From: Octopus vulgaris
Taxonomy: Eukaryota
Length of the DNA stretch: 64,000 nucleotides
NCBI GenBank assembly: GCA_951406725.2
Contig: OX597825.1
Coordinates: forward strand, 49,414,001 to 49,478,000
Direction of reading: 5' to 3'
Made by a program: the position numbers and the translations under genes. Below, piece by piece: positions 40,574 through 54,744 of this stretch. Under the pieces are notes generated by a model that worked only from the letters and a program-made list of their open reading frames with translations, did not search any database and was not told the origin of the DNA. Within the stretch, counting starts at the first letter, position 1; each line of letters starts with the position of its first letter.

Positions 40574-40934
40574 ATGTGTGTATCATGTTGAGTCGAGCAA
40601 CTCGACCCCGGGACTTATTGTTTGTAAGCCCAGTACTTATTCTATCGGTCTCTGTTGCCGAACCGCTAAGTGACGGGGACGTAAACACACCAGCATCGGC
40701 TGTCAAGCAATGCTAGGAGTACAAACACAGACACACAAACACATACACATACATACATATACATATATATACGAGATGCTTCTTTCAGTTTCCGTCTACC
40801 AAATCCACTCACAAGGCATTGGTCGGCGCGGGGCTATAGCAGAAGACACTTGCCCAAGATGCCACGCAGTGGGACTGAACCCGGAACCATGTGGTTACTT
40901 AGCAAGCTACTTACCACTCAGCCACTCCTGCGCC
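40431..40934 (-). mobile_element. SINE family A, full length
   Basis: Near-identical to 19844-20239, with an extra microsatellite in the tail. Confidence 0.9.
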
Positions 40935-41234
40935 TACCTATACATATATATATATGTATATAATATTAAATATAGCGTAAAGATTTATATTCTTCACCTG
41001 TGGCCAGATTGAGTAAAACTGCCCATAGATATATATATACGCACACTCACCCACACCCACATCCACACACACAAATATATGCATGTATACGCATGCTTAA
41101 ACCTGTGCATACGCATGTGTATATATATATATATACATATATATATTTATGTATCTGTGTCTACATCTATAATATATATCTCTGTCAACCGTCCCTCTCT
41201 TTCCCCCCTCTCTGTCTGTCTATGCATCTATCTA

Positions 41235-41358
<124 letters not shown>

Positions 41359-41717
41359 TGGGTTGGTATTTCCATATACATAACATGCGTGTCTTTGTGT
41401 GTGTCTGTAGTTCATTTAGTATTTCTCTGGGTCTCTGTGTATGTATATATATGTATATATTTTAGAACGGATTTTCGTTGTAGTGTATATGTCGTTTTTT
41501 TTTTTCTCTAGCTTTAGCTCAGAGCTGCGGCCATGCTGATGCACCGCCGTTTATAGTGTTAATTTTCACAACTCTTAGTACTTTTATCTACGCTTCTTAT
41601 AATTTAGTGTACATAACATCCGCATTCATACTGTTACACATGAGCATTTACACATATATGCTTATTTAAATATACATATATACATATACATTTGCATACA
41701 TGAATACGCACACACAC

Positions 41718-41750
<33 letters not shown>

Positions 41751-42351
41751 CCATACATATACAGAGACATACACGCAGACATACAATCCTACAGAATCTC
41801 GCCAGCGACACTCATTTCGGTACTTTCAGGTAGATATAGTACGATTTGTTTATGAATTGAAGTCGTTTAACTTTGCTAAAAGTTCATTTAGTATTTCTTC
41901 GATACACTGTGTCCCATGTGTATGTGTGTGTTGTGTGTGTTGTGTGTGTTGTGTGTGTGTGCGTGTATGCGTGTGTGTGCGTGTGCGTGCGTGTGTGTGT
42001 TTGTGTGTATATAGGCTTGCGCGTGTGTATGTATCTTCAGTTGTGTATTTGTATGTGGTAAATACACGCACACACATACAGATATTTGCATATTGATACA
42101 CATTACACCCTAATCACTGCAAACCTTGATAATATTTATTACATGTCCAGAAATTTGATGTTTTCTCTCGTCTCTATGTAACATCTTAGCTGACCGAAAA
42201 CCGTATCGTTGGATCTTAATGTGCCATATGCTTTGATAATTGTCTCCGCTAGTTTCATAAAAGTATCAATTTAAATCAAATAAAGAAATTATGGTAATAT
42301 CTTCTGTATAGTATTGGAATGTTGAGTATATATATATATATATATATAAAC

Positions 42352-42594
42352 CTTTACTTATTTATTTGTCTCAGTGACTACGGCCATGCAAGAGCAGCAC
42401 CTTTAGTGGTAGAAATCGATCCCAGGACTCATTCTTTGTAAGCCTAGTACTTATACTATCGACTTATTTTAGCGAACCGCTAAATTACGGGGACGTAAAG
42501 ACACCAGCATCGGTTGTCAAATGATGGTGGAGGGAGAAACACAGACACTCAAAAACACACACGCACACACATATATGTATGTATGTGCATATGA

Positions 42595-42627
<33 letters not shown>

Positions 42628-42666
42628 TATATATACATATATATATATACATATATACACACACAC

Positions 42667-42730
<64 letters not shown>

Positions 42731-42899
42731 TATACACGATGGACTTCATTCAGTTTCCGTCCATCAAACCCACTCACAAGGATTTGGTTGGCCCGAGGTT
42801 ATAGTAGAAGACAGTTGCACAAGGGGCCACGCAGTGTGGCTAAGCCCAGAACCATTTGGTTGGGAAGCAGGTTACTTACCGCACAGCCACGACTGCGCC
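42352..42899 (-). mobile_element. SINE family A with an expanded internal microsatellite
   Basis: Both family A halves flank a ~190-bp TA/CA tract. Confidence 0.85.
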
Positions 42900-42950
42900 T
42901 ATATAAATATAGGATACATACATATATATGTGTGTATGTATGTATATATG

Positions 42951-42986
<36 letters not shown>

Positions 42987-42999
42987 TATATGCAAATAT

Positions 43000-43057
<58 letters not shown>

Positions 43058-43582
43058 TATACACACACACACATAAATATATGGGCTTGGTTGTATGCTT
43101 CCCTACAACATCATTCCGGGTTTAGTCCCAGTGTGTGGTACCTTAGGCAGGTTTCTTCTGCTATAGCTCGGGGCTGATTAAAGCTTTGTGAGTGGATTGA
43201 AGCTTATGGGTGCATACACACACATGAACACACAAACACACGTACTACAGAGAAAGAGAGACGTGTGTGTGTGTGGTGTCTGTGTAGAGACACACACACA
43301 TACACACGGATGCCACATCTGCATGAGATTGTTTGTTTGCGTTTATATTTGCGTCTATATAAATTATTGGGATTTTGGGGGATGCAAAATTTCTGTATTT
43401 CAATGAGTTTAGAAGTTGTTAAATATATATAATTTTTAGGGCATCAGTAATGAAAGGAAACTGATCTTTAAGGAATGAAACTGACAGTGTATGAGTTAAA
43501 GAGAGTGCTTGCGAAAGTGGTGCTGAAAAGGATTGTGAGAGCGGTGATGAGCAGAGTGAGAGAACAATAAAGGGCAAATGTG

Positions 43583-43640
<58 letters not shown>

Positions 43641-43709
43641 TATACAAATAGAGGGAGAGAGAGAAAGAAAAAGAAAGAAAGGAAAGCGGAGGAGGGTAAG
43701 TGAGAGTGG

Positions 43710-43767
<58 letters not shown>

Positions 43768-44144
43768 CTGCAACATACAGAGAAATCGATAATTAAGAAA
43801 AAAAAACGCCAAAATACTGTTTATAAAATTTAAACTCATCACTAGGTACAGAATAAAATATATATTTATACACACATCATATATGTTATAATATATATAT
43901 GCATATACATGTACATGCATATGCATATATAACATATATATATATATATGTATGTATGTATGTATATACATTCATATATATTCTATCCTCTATATATGTG
44001 TGCGTGTTCGTGTTTAAAGAAATATGGATAAACTTTACAAACAATACCGACGACATATATAAAGTATGTTGCTAATACAGGTAATAATCAATACAATCAG
44101 TTATCAATATATTTATCATGATATACAACAAATCGTTTACTCAC

Positions 44145-44734
44145 TGTCAAGTATGACATCCAGTTGGCTGTAAAAACTACTAAAATATGCCAAACACAAT
44201 TTGAGCTTTCGTTTCTTTTTTGTTGTTTTGATTGTGTTGATTCCAGTCTCTTCTTGGCCGGTCTTTTCTGTTTGTTTGTCTTTATTTTCTAGTATGTCAG
44301 TCGGTAATTGCTGTGATCGTGCGTATGCAGTCAGTATTTTTTCTTCACAGACACTATGTAGGTACGTGCAGCTGTAATATTAAAGGAAGAGCTGAAGGTT
44401 CATATAGGCGATTCAAAATCTCCACATGTTGGTTGCGTTAGCATGAAAACTACTTGTTTTAAGATCAGCAGCTGCAGCGGCAGAAGCAGTAAGAGCAGCA
44501 GTAAGAGCAGCAGCAACGGCAGCAGCGGCGGCAGATGCTGTAATGGACGCTACGGTGTTGGCGGATGAGGCAGCAAGGATGATGACAACTTGTTCCGATG
44601 TGGATGATAATGGTACAGTTGCGTCTAGAGTTGATAGATTAATGCAACTTCTATCGGCAAACTATAGAGATAATTTCATGACTAAGCGGACAATCCCCTG
44701 CAAATATTTCCCCAAAACACCTTCACTGAGAAGT

Positions 44735-44740
<6 letters not shown>
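44145..44740 (-). other. Candidate 5' exon of a minus-strand host gene
   Basis: GC-richer island unlike the repeat families here, with GCT-repeat tracts; ends at the strong minus-strand donor GTGAGT (44144-44139), directly after ATG TCA TAC TTG ACA. Confidence 0.4.
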
Positions 44741-44767
<27 letters not shown>

Positions 44768-44814
44768 GTCGTCATCATCGGCATCATTATCAACATCTTA
44801 TCTTCAATAAAACA

Positions 44815-44873
<59 letters not shown>

Positions 44874-45208
44874 CACACACGTGTGTGTGTATGTGCATAT
44901 ATGCATTTATATAGGGGCAGAGAAAATATATAATAAAGCTACGTGTTTTCAAACGTATTGCAATAATATTATAGACATTACGTAGAACACAGAGTTATGT
45001 GAAAATAAAAAAAGAAAACATCGTCTAATTTTTTTCCATTATAATTCCATATGGGTCATAATTCAATGTGGGTCATATTTCTAACAATATATTGGAATCT
45101 GCATGGTTGTTACTATTCAGGCACATACAAGAATTCAAACAAAAGAACCCCCCTTGAATATATATCAAAAGCGCACGCAAGCAAACATACAGACTGCGCG
45201 CGCGCACA

Positions 45209-45241
<33 letters not shown>

Positions 45242-45455
45242 ATTTATACATATATATATATTGAGACATTGATTTATAGAAAGATGTATATGTGTTACTG
45301 TAAGGGTTTACAAAAATTTACTTAAGATACATACGCGTATAAACATACCTACTTAGTTTACGTGTATGAAAATGCATATGTGTGTGTTTGTGTGCGCATG
45401 TATCTCTACAAGTAATTTGTGTACGTGAGTGTATTTATATGTGTAGACACACACA

Positions 45456-45547
<92 letters not shown>

Positions 45548-46379
45548 CATAATGGCAGTTACTCCTAAGTAACACACACACATCTACTCACATGCACATT
45601 CACACACGCACATGCATCGTTGCATTCATATTTTATATTTGTATTTCTTCTGTAAATATGACAAATACTAGCTGTGTTTTTTTATATTATTTGGCATGCA
45701 TGAATGATGAGATATTAAAGTTTAATAGATATTTACAATGAAGTAATGGTAGCTGATGTCCAAAAAGGGAAATCGAATCCGTTATCAGTTACTTAAAAGT
45801 TTTCAATTCCTTCATGAAATCCTCACGCAGTCATAATTAATTGCCTCTCACACAAACAGATACCTTGTTTATTTGGTATCTAGGATGTTTAGAACTTCCT
45901 CCAAAATCATTTCGTTCTGACAGTAATAAACAAAAGTTTACTCGAAAACAGAATAAAAGTAATTGACTACCACACAACTAGAAACACATATACAATAACT
46001 AGAAACGAATATAGACGAAAATCGAAGTCACAACCTCGTTGGATATATACAAAGTAGAAAGCATTTACAATAGCGACATTATTTCCCGGTTCTAAAAGTT
46101 TATATTTGTACGTTTAACTCCAGTTGTTACACACGCACACACACACGCACACACACACAAACATACACACACACACACACACACACGCTCACACAAACAC
46201 ACACATCCTAGCCAGATGCATACGCAGGCCAAGGTTATCTTGATTAAATGAAGTTTACATTGTCGTTAGGAGGCCCATGTCAACACATGGAGGATTCGAT
46301 CAGAATGCATAGAAAGTACAGTCTGAGTGGAGAGTATAATTGTGAATATAAAATTATGAAAATATAAAGAGAAAAATAT

Positions 46380-48100
46380 ATATATAAGGGAGTGGGAGAG
46401 TTACAAGTAAAGAATTTAAGGTCCGTTTCATAAATGGTTTTCAATAAGGTCATTTAGCCGAGTCAAAAAGAAATGGGGTGTCGTATTTTAATAGGATAGT
46501 TTGATGGGATGACGGGGTGTGGAATTCGTGGTCGATAGGAAGAAAAATGTGTGCTTAAAGAGGTGGTATAGCAGTAGAATTGAAAGTGTAGAGGAATGGT
46601 AGTAATGGCTAACATCTAAGAATTAAAGAATATATATTGTTGAAAAAGTAGAGGTATATGTAGGCGTGTCTACTTGTAAGATAACATAGGAAATATATAA
46701 ATAGATATTTAATAACTAAGAAATATGGAGTAATAGGGAATATACGGGTGGTTAAAGATTTGTTGATTGCAACGATAAATAAAAGAGAATGTCTATGAGG
46801 ACAGTGGGGAAGTTAGGCAATGACGCAGGGGGATGGGTTATTGTTTGTATTTTGAAAATAGGTTACTTAATCTGTGTCTGCATGTAAAACGTATACTATA
46901 ACGTTCATTCAGACACTCAGTGGATTGCATGAGATAAGATTTCGGCTATGCAAAGATCGGAATTGTTGTTATAGCCGGTATATGATTTAGCATGGGTGAC
47001 TATGGACCACTTTAATGTGTCAGAAATTGAATCGGTCTTTAATTTATAGATAAGATTACCTTTGGAGTTTGTTTGGGACTTGAAGCTAGAGTAATGGTTG
47101 CCCAATCTATCTTAGAAGTTGGTGCTGCACTATGTACAAATATATATAGTTAGAGATGGTAGCTGAAACTGTGCATTTATAAACGATATTTTGAATAAGA
47201 TAGCGATTATCTAAAGGGCAGGAGGTTGGGCGTCTGCAGATTCATAGGTTTAAAGGGGGTTTTGTAGACGAATTTGTGAGTTGACTGTTATTTAGTAAAG
47301 GTCCGGTGTTAGGGTCATTATCACTGGTGGACTGAAAATTGGGATTTATTTGGTCGTTGAGGAAGAGATCTTGGGGTTGTATATTACGATAGTCTTCATG
47401 TCCGATGACATCGTCAATATCGTTCTTTATTTCTGTTTAAAGTATTGTCCTGAAATAGGTTTAAGGTTTGAAATATGCACTGAAATTGGTTTCAGGACTG
47501 GGTGTAGGTAATGGAATTATAGTGCGAGGTTTGAGAGTTAATGTTAGTAAGAGGGCGTATTAGTGTTCTGGATTCATATATAGAGAGCTGGAGGTCAGGG
47601 TGAGTTATGTTATTTGGATGGATGTTAAATAATTGTGAGTTTCTGAATTTCTTGTTAAGATGTCAGATTACTCCGACAATATTGGTGGTGGTGGAGCAAG
47701 ACAATTTCAGAGATTTGTGATTGAAGATTTTTTTTAAGGAGGCAGGATTTAGAGTAATATTTTTTTGAGTTTGGCGAAAAAGAGCTTAAGTTCTCGGGTT
47801 CGAACAGTAAGGGCGAATGGGAATGGGGATGAAACCAGATATCGTCACATGTTCTTGTTGGTTTATTCCGATTAGGAAGTGTTATCGGGGTGAGGATAAG
47901 GCTATGGAGGTGCGCGCTTGTTTCAATTTCGGTGGGTGGCACGTATTTAGAATTTGGGATCACCTGGTGAGAGGATAGTTTATTAGATCGTCTACTACTT
48001 TGAAATTTGAATGGATAGTGGGATGGTGGGATATGGAGGATATTCCGTGCTCTATTTTGTGATTTTCCGAAACTGTTTTTGGTTCCGGGCTCAGTAGAAG
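46380..48100 (-). mobile_element. Penelope-like element relic with GIY-YIG endonuclease
   Basis: Minus strand CPLDNRYLIQNIVYKCTVS...GNHYSSFK...LIYKLK...LKWSIVTHAKSY...DLCIAE fits the CPLxxxCLxxNIVY...HxxSF...KWSI...CxLCxxE pattern. Confidence 0.8.
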
Positions 48101-48109
48101 GAGAAATAT

Positions 48110-48425
48110 TCTATAACCGGCGCGTTGTAGGGCACTATTTGCAGACCCATGAAAAACGAACGTCCACCATCTACTCTACCTATATATCATTGCATACCAG
48201 TAAACAACGTGTATGCTATGAGGTCTGCAAATCTAAAGGTGGAGTCAAAAGACATCTTAAGATCCACAAAGATCCGAACTTAACTGCTGCTCTTGGTGGT
48301 CCAAACCAGATATGCCAATATATGGATGTCTTTTCAAAACATTATTTGTCTGTATAGAAAGTTGTTCCTTCCTAGGGATATATTATTCAAGCATGCACCA
48401 GTTTTGACTCGAGTCGACTGACGAT
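48110..48425 (+). mobile_element. Possible RTE-type LINE 3' end with a C2H2-like motif
   Basis: CYEVCKSKGGVKRHLKIH followed by a short UTR ending in (TA)n. Confidence 0.4.
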
Positions 48426-48726
48426 ACTAGAAATTTCTCATATATATATATGTACTAGTGTTTATGGTTGGTTCTTCTTCAATATTAGTACTTTACGAAC
48501 CTGAAATTCCAGTTGTCGCTAGGGAAATTTCCATCATCCTCCGATATAGGAGGAAAACGTTTTAACAGTCAAAGAAAACGGAGAATGCATACATTGAATA
48601 ATCAATTTATTGCCATAGTCCAGTCAAATTAATAAGATTACTCTTATTGCCTACGTTGCGTTTAAGCTGATTGCTGTCATTCCTATTTTAAAGTGCATTA
48701 TGCAGTGAAAAAATAAAAAGCATATT

Positions 48727-49324
48727 CTTTTTTCTTGTTTCAGTCATTTGACTACTGCCATACTGGAGCACCACCTTTAATCGAACAAATCAACCCTAGG
48801 ACTTATTCTTTGCAAGACTAGTACTTATTCAATCGGTCACTAATACTGAACCGCTAAGTTACAGGGACGTAAACACACCAACATCGGTGGTGAAGTGATG
48901 GTGGGAGGACAAAGACACACGGACACAAATTCATATATGCACGTATACATACACAAATATGTATGTATATATGTGTGTATGTATGTATGTATGTATGTAT
49001 GCATGCATGCATGTATATATATATATGTGGAGGCGCAATGGCCAAGTGGTTAGGGCAGCGGACTCGCGGTCGTAGGATCGCAGTTTTGATTCCCAGACCG
49101 GGCGTTGTGAGTGTTTATTGAGCGAAAACACCTAAAAGCTCCACGAGGCTCCGGTAAGGAGGTGGTGATCCCTGCTGTACTCTTTCACCACTATTTCTCC
49201 CAATCTTTATTATGTTGGCCTGCTCGCTTAGCCAGCGGGGTGGCGTTATCCAAAGGCTAAAACAATGCGAACGCATTGTGACCAGCGATGTGTAACAACA
49301 TCTGATGGTCTGGTCGGTCACGGT

Positions 49325-49368
<44 letters not shown>

Positions 49369-49530
49369 GACGGGCTTCTTTCAGTTTCCATCTAACAAAT
49401 CCACTTACAAGGCTTTGGTCAGCCCCAGGTTATAGTAGAATACACTTGCCCAAGATGCAAGGCAGTGGGACTGAACTCGGAACCATGTGGTTGGGAAGCA
49501 AACGTCTTGGCACACAGTCACTCCTGCGCC
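48727..49530 (-). mobile_element. SINE family A hosting a nested SINE in its internal (TA)n
   Basis: 3' half at 48727-48930 and 5' half at 49365-49530. Confidence 0.85.
49029..49331 (+). mobile_element. SINE family C variant (same head and core as 37949-38334, different tail)
   Basis: GGAGGCGCAATGGCCAAGTGGTTAGGGCAGCGGACTCGCGG...GAGCGAAAACACCTAAAAGCTCCACGAGGCTCCGG...CCCTGCTGTACTCTTTCACCAC. Confidence 0.88.
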
Positions 49531-49903
49531 TATATATTTTTATATGCATGTGTGTGCGTATGTCTGTGTGTGTGTATGTATATTTATATGAATATGTGTG
49601 TGTGCTTGCCTGTATATGTATATCTATGTATGTGTCTTTGTGTTTGTGTTTGTCTACCATAACCTCTTTACAACCAGTGCTGGTTTGCATACGTTCCCGT
49701 AATTTAACAACTCGGCAAGAGAGGGCGAGAGAGTATGTACTTGTTGTAAAATGCCTTCAAGGATATTGGCATTGATTGGACACCGAGTCAATATAGAAAA
49801 CCATGACCATACAGGAAGGAATTTAAGCTCAAAAGACATGGTTGGGTCATGAATGTTAAGACTTCCTGACCGGTGATTTAACGATTTCATTAATTTATTT
49901 AAC

Positions 49904-50764
49904 ATAGGAGGTGATCTCAATAAATATTCCGAGGCCTGCAGCGCCCCTAGGAGACAGCACACGATTGCGTTCACAGTGAGGTTAGCAGCCATCTTCATAA
50001 GGTAGTGTATCAAGTGGTGATAACTTCGAAAGTTGTGAAAATTGTGTTTTTGTGATCACGTGTATGCTGTAGTTTGTGATCTAGTCTTAAACAGGAACAA
50101 AGATCCAGCGTAGGAAATTTTCTGCAGAGACATTGCGAATTCTAACGGTGACGAGGCAATGGGCTGTGCCCAATATTTCGAGTGGCACGGGCACTTCAAA
50201 AGCGGAAGAGCGTCCTTGGAAGACGATGAACGATCTGGAAGTCCTGCCACGACTGTCACCTACTGAAATGTGGTATTGTGCATCGAGCATTCGTTCCCCA
50301 GATTCACGCGGTCAATCACGAGTCCTACAGTGACACTTTGAAGGAGGACATTCAGCGAAAGCGACCAGATCTGTGGAGCACGAAATATTGAATTCTCCAA
50401 GACGGCAATGCACTCTGAAAACAAGCTCTCCTCAATCGTGAGTTTCTCCCCTAAACAACATAGTATCGCTTTCGCACCAGCCCTATTTGCCAGATTTAGA
50501 ATCTGCAATTTTTTATCTCTTCACCAAGATAAAAATACAGCTCAAAGGTGGTCGTTTTAAATCTGCTGTTGAGATCATGAGCGAACCGCAGAAGGCTCTG
50601 AATTTGGTTAAAGTAGAAAAAATAAAAAACATCTAGCCGGATTCCAAAACTAACAGGAACGCTGTGACCGGCGTATTGCTGTGCAAAGTGACTATTTCGA
50701 ACGAGAGGATGAATTATTTTTTATTAAGCATAACTAGCCTTGGAAATATTTGATACCACTCGTA
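49904..50764 (+). mobile_element. Internally deleted mariner element with degenerate terminal inverted repeats
   Basis: AMGCAQYFEWHGHFKSGRASLEDDERSGSP (N-terminal HTH) and HQPYLPDLESAIFYLFTKIKIQLKGGRF...ERCDRRIAVQSDYFE (YSPDL C-terminus). The right end GGAAATATTTGATACCACTCGTA loosely mirrors the left end. Confidence 0.8.
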
Positions 50765-51155
50765 CCCCCCATTTCAACTATTTTTACTGGTCGCCGGTGT
50801 TGAGCATTGCTATAATATTGTTTAACAGATCATATCTGATAATATAATTAGGAGACGTCCGCACTCTTTTACATACCAAAGACAATTAAAAGTAAATCGA
50901 AGACGTTGATAGAGATTCGTAACATCAAACTGGGGACCTACAAAACTAATGGGGCCCTTTCTGAAAAATCTTGTCGGTTGAACACACAAACACTCAAACA
51001 TATTTATATGTATATATATATATATATGTATATGCAGACTATCAATATATGGCTCCCTATGTACCATGGGTGAACATGAATTTCAGCAGGGAAGCTACCC
51101 TGTCTGAAGATTTAAATGTTCCAAATTATGGACTAAAGTTTTCCTTATCAAACAG

Positions 51156-51435
51156 GTGCAGGTGAGGCTGTGTGGTGAGAAGCATGCTTATCAACCGTGT
51201 GGTTCCGGATTCAGTCCCACTGCAGGACACCTTGGAAAAGTGCTCTCTACTATAGCCTCGGGCTGAACAATGCCTTGTGAGAGGATTTGGTAAACGGAAA
51301 CTGAAAGAAGTCCACCGTACATACAAGCTCTGTTGTCAAGCAATGGTCGAGATACAAACACAGAGAGATACACATATATTCGACAGTCTTCTTTCAGTTT
51401 CTCTGTACGAAATCCGCTCACAAGGCTTTGGTGGG

Positions 51436-51437
<2 letters not shown>
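51156..51437. mobile_element. Two SINE family A fragments in inverted orientation
   Basis: Plus-strand head at 51156-51320, then a minus-strand fragment at 51330-51437 covering the same CCTTGTGAG..GGATTT..GAAACTGAAAGAAG block. Confidence 0.75.
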
Positions 51438-51511
<74 letters not shown>

Positions 51512-51756
51512 CAATTGAGGATAAAATCTTTAAAAGAAATTATAGTAGTCAGCGTTAAAAACCTCGTAAGAGAAAAATCCGTAAATTCTTCCTCTTTGAA
51601 AATATTCATTTATATTATATTAGGGTACTACTATTCGTAGATACCAACACGCTAAGAGGGACCAATGCGGTCAAAACTACTAAAAATAAACATATATATA
51701 TATATATGTGCATATATATACATACATATATCTATATATCCATATATATATATATC

Positions 51757-51806
<50 letters not shown>

Positions 51807-52383
51807 CATTTTAATAGTAGAAATTCTTATGATATAGCTAACTCAGTAACAGCGTCGGACAATGGAGTCGGAAGTGGCATTTATGCAAATATTAATGCTC
51901 ACGCAGAAAAAACTCAGAATATCCATTGATGAACATCTGTATAAGTAGTTATCTTGTATATAAATGTACTGTGCACACAAGATGAGGGCCTTAAGTTTAC
52001 ATTGGGCAGACATTGATTCATTTCAGATTCGTTATCGTAACCACATCGCTAGCTTTAAGAGAATCAGAAGAGACATTCAACATCCTTGACATATGTTGTA
52101 TGTCGACTGAATAATAACAATAATTCTAGGATGGAATTTATAAATATCTAGCACATCGTTACGCGCGTTTCCACAAATCACATGATTTTAAGATCAGAGT
52201 TGGTACCCTTCGGATTAGTACAATATAGCCCGTATTATCTGAGTATTGATTCATTTCATCTGGCGATACTGCATAAATAGATGAATCACAGAGGGATGTT
52301 TATCTCTTCATTATTCCGGTAGCCGACATAATTAAATAAGAGCTTTATTTGCATACCTCTAACGTTACCATAAGCGAATTAAA

Positions 52384-52427
<44 letters not shown>

Positions 52428-52679
52428 CATATATTATATATATATATATATATATTATTATTATATATATATATATATATATATATTACATTTATATATA
52501 TATTATTATTATATTATATCACATTATTATTATATTATATATATCATTTTTATATACGTATGCACATGCACATGCACATGCACATACGTATAAGATGGTT
52601 GAAGAATTGATTGTCTGAGACAAAAGCATTCACGCAGATATGGAAATTTGGACATTACCACACCGGTGAAAACCCAAGC

Positions 52680-53135
52680 TTACAAAATTAATACAACAAC
52701 GATACCTACAACAGCAAAAATAACAACTACAGCAACAGCAGCTACAACAGCACAACAACGGTGAAAATGACAATAACAGCTAAAGAAACAACAGTAATAA
52801 GTATAATAATTAACAACAATAACAACAATAGCAACGAAGGCATTGGTAATCAAAACATTGCCCACATGAAGAACGGCAACCAACAACAACGAAAACAGCA
52901 GAATAACTTTAACATCATTGTTCCCACGACCACGAGCCATCAACGACACTAACAATGATATGGACATCCAAGATCACCGCAACATAATACCTACGATAAC
53001 AGCAGCTACAACAGTAACAGCGATAAGTGTAACCACACCATTAAGTCTAACCACAGCAACAAGTGTAAGCACATCAACATCAGTAACACCATGAACAATG
53101 ATAACAATACCAACTACAGCAACAGTAATATCAAC
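52680..53135. repeat. Degenerate (ACA/AAC/AGC) trinucleotide low-complexity tract
   Basis: Seen directly. Confidence 0.8.
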
Positions 53136-54490
53136 GGTGGTCTAGAGACTCTCTCTTATAATTCTCAATGACAGGATCTCAGGTCCTATAAGACACGGTT
53201 TTACCAAACAAAGTTGCCATTTTACAAAAAGAGTAAACATCCAACAACACGCGGATAATGAGGCACTGGGGAAATTTTTCTTTAGTTAGAAGCAAAGTTA
53301 GACATTTTAGACTGGTATAGCAAAAAGTTTCATCGTAGGAATTATAACGAGGTGAAGGTCCGCTGACTAGGTACAAAGATCGCTAAAGTCATACGAAAGT
53401 TAAAACTACGTGTAAGTAACAATGAAATAGTGTGACACTCAACAAAAAATAATCTGGCTGAATGTACTTCTTCATTGTCTCATTTCAAGAATCAGGAATA
53501 ACTATTCGGCTGCTTTATTTCATGCTTTATGTCATAGTATTTTCCCCACAAAGTAAATTTTCGTTATCGTGTTCTCCAAAGTGTTATTTTATACCAGCAT
53601 TCCCCTTCTTGCGCATTTCCAATCTACTAGCTATTTATAAGAATATACACTCCATATAGATCGTATCACTTCATTTCATTACATCAAACATCTCTACACT
53701 AGCAGCAAATATACCTAAGTTACACTCTTTACCTTTCTAAGTAAATGTGTGTCCCTGAATAGACAGTTCACCAACAACACTGGAGGAAGAGAGGATGATT
53801 TTTCGAAGACATTACTAAAGAACCAATTGTAATGCCTTCAAAGAAACCTCCATAACCATCACTATTTTCTTATCGGAATTAACTGTCAAAGGACACCATT
53901 TAAGTGACTACCAATAATGACTTCAATAATATACGTTTTCAATGTATAATTCCAATTAATAGAGATCATTATATATCATCAAATAAAGCATTATCTCCCC
54001 TAAAAATATTACATGTGTAGTATATATTTCTAGATAAGTTTCTGTATCATTTTTTCCTGCACAAAATATGATTTTATTTTGCCGTATTTTTGCTTAAGTA
54101 TCTATTTTGAATTAGAAAAAAACTGCGAATTCAGTAGAAAAATAGGCTTTTCAGTGAAGAATATCAGATTCTGTCTTTCCACACCAACATTATTGAATGC
54201 TGGGCCACATGTAGTTGCGAATCTAAAGGGCTTTCCCTGTTGCATATTGCCAAATGCTAATGTGCAAGTTGTTATGGTGTCAAATAGAAGCTAACAACTC
54301 CACAATGAACAAAGGCTGAAACGTAGCAGTCGTATCTCATGAACTAAATATCGACCCCAATAAATATATTTCGACGTTCTTTCATCAGAGACCTCTCGAA
54401 AGATACAATATAATCTAGAGCCAAAATGATAGTTGTTACAGCTTCATTTTGAAAGCTATTATGTTAACGTAACTTGAGAGAAGTGGAACA

Positions 54491-54565
54491 GGGACATAGG
54501 TCGTTCTCTCCCATTCATAAACAAGGAACATAGGTCGTTCTCGCCTATTCATAAACAAGGAACAT
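54491..54565. repeat. 34-bp tandem repeat, about 2.2 copies
   Basis: ACATAGGTCGTTCTC(T/G)CC(C/T)ATTCATAAACAAGGA at 54494 and 54528. Confidence 0.9.
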
Positions 54566-54713
54566 GAAATAGATGAATATGCAATGTTTCCTGTGGCGAA
54601 TTCACAGGTTAATTCAGAATAATAATTGATCCCATTACACATTGAGTTATTTCATCTATTCATTACATGGCTAAACATAAATTGCTCTGCTATATACATA
54701 GAGACACACAAAG

Positions 54714-54744
<31 letters not shown>

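Noticed and set aside
44351-44361. Plus-strand 11-nt microexon (TTTTTTCTTCACAG|ACACTATGTAG|GTACGT)
   Set aside because: The splice words are good, but the length is not a multiple of three and no other plus-strand exons support it; likely chance.
44543-44914. Plus-strand ORF MDATVLADEAARMM...
   Set aside because: No recognisable domain, and it runs into (ATC)n and (TA)n repeats.
54360-54393. Minus-strand CTGATGA...GAAA hammerhead-like motif
   Set aside because: Core words are present, but stems I and II do not pair convincingly.
54491-54565. A CRISPR-like repeat
   Set aside because: The 34-bp units are contiguous with no spacers, the context is eukaryotic, and there are no cas genes.
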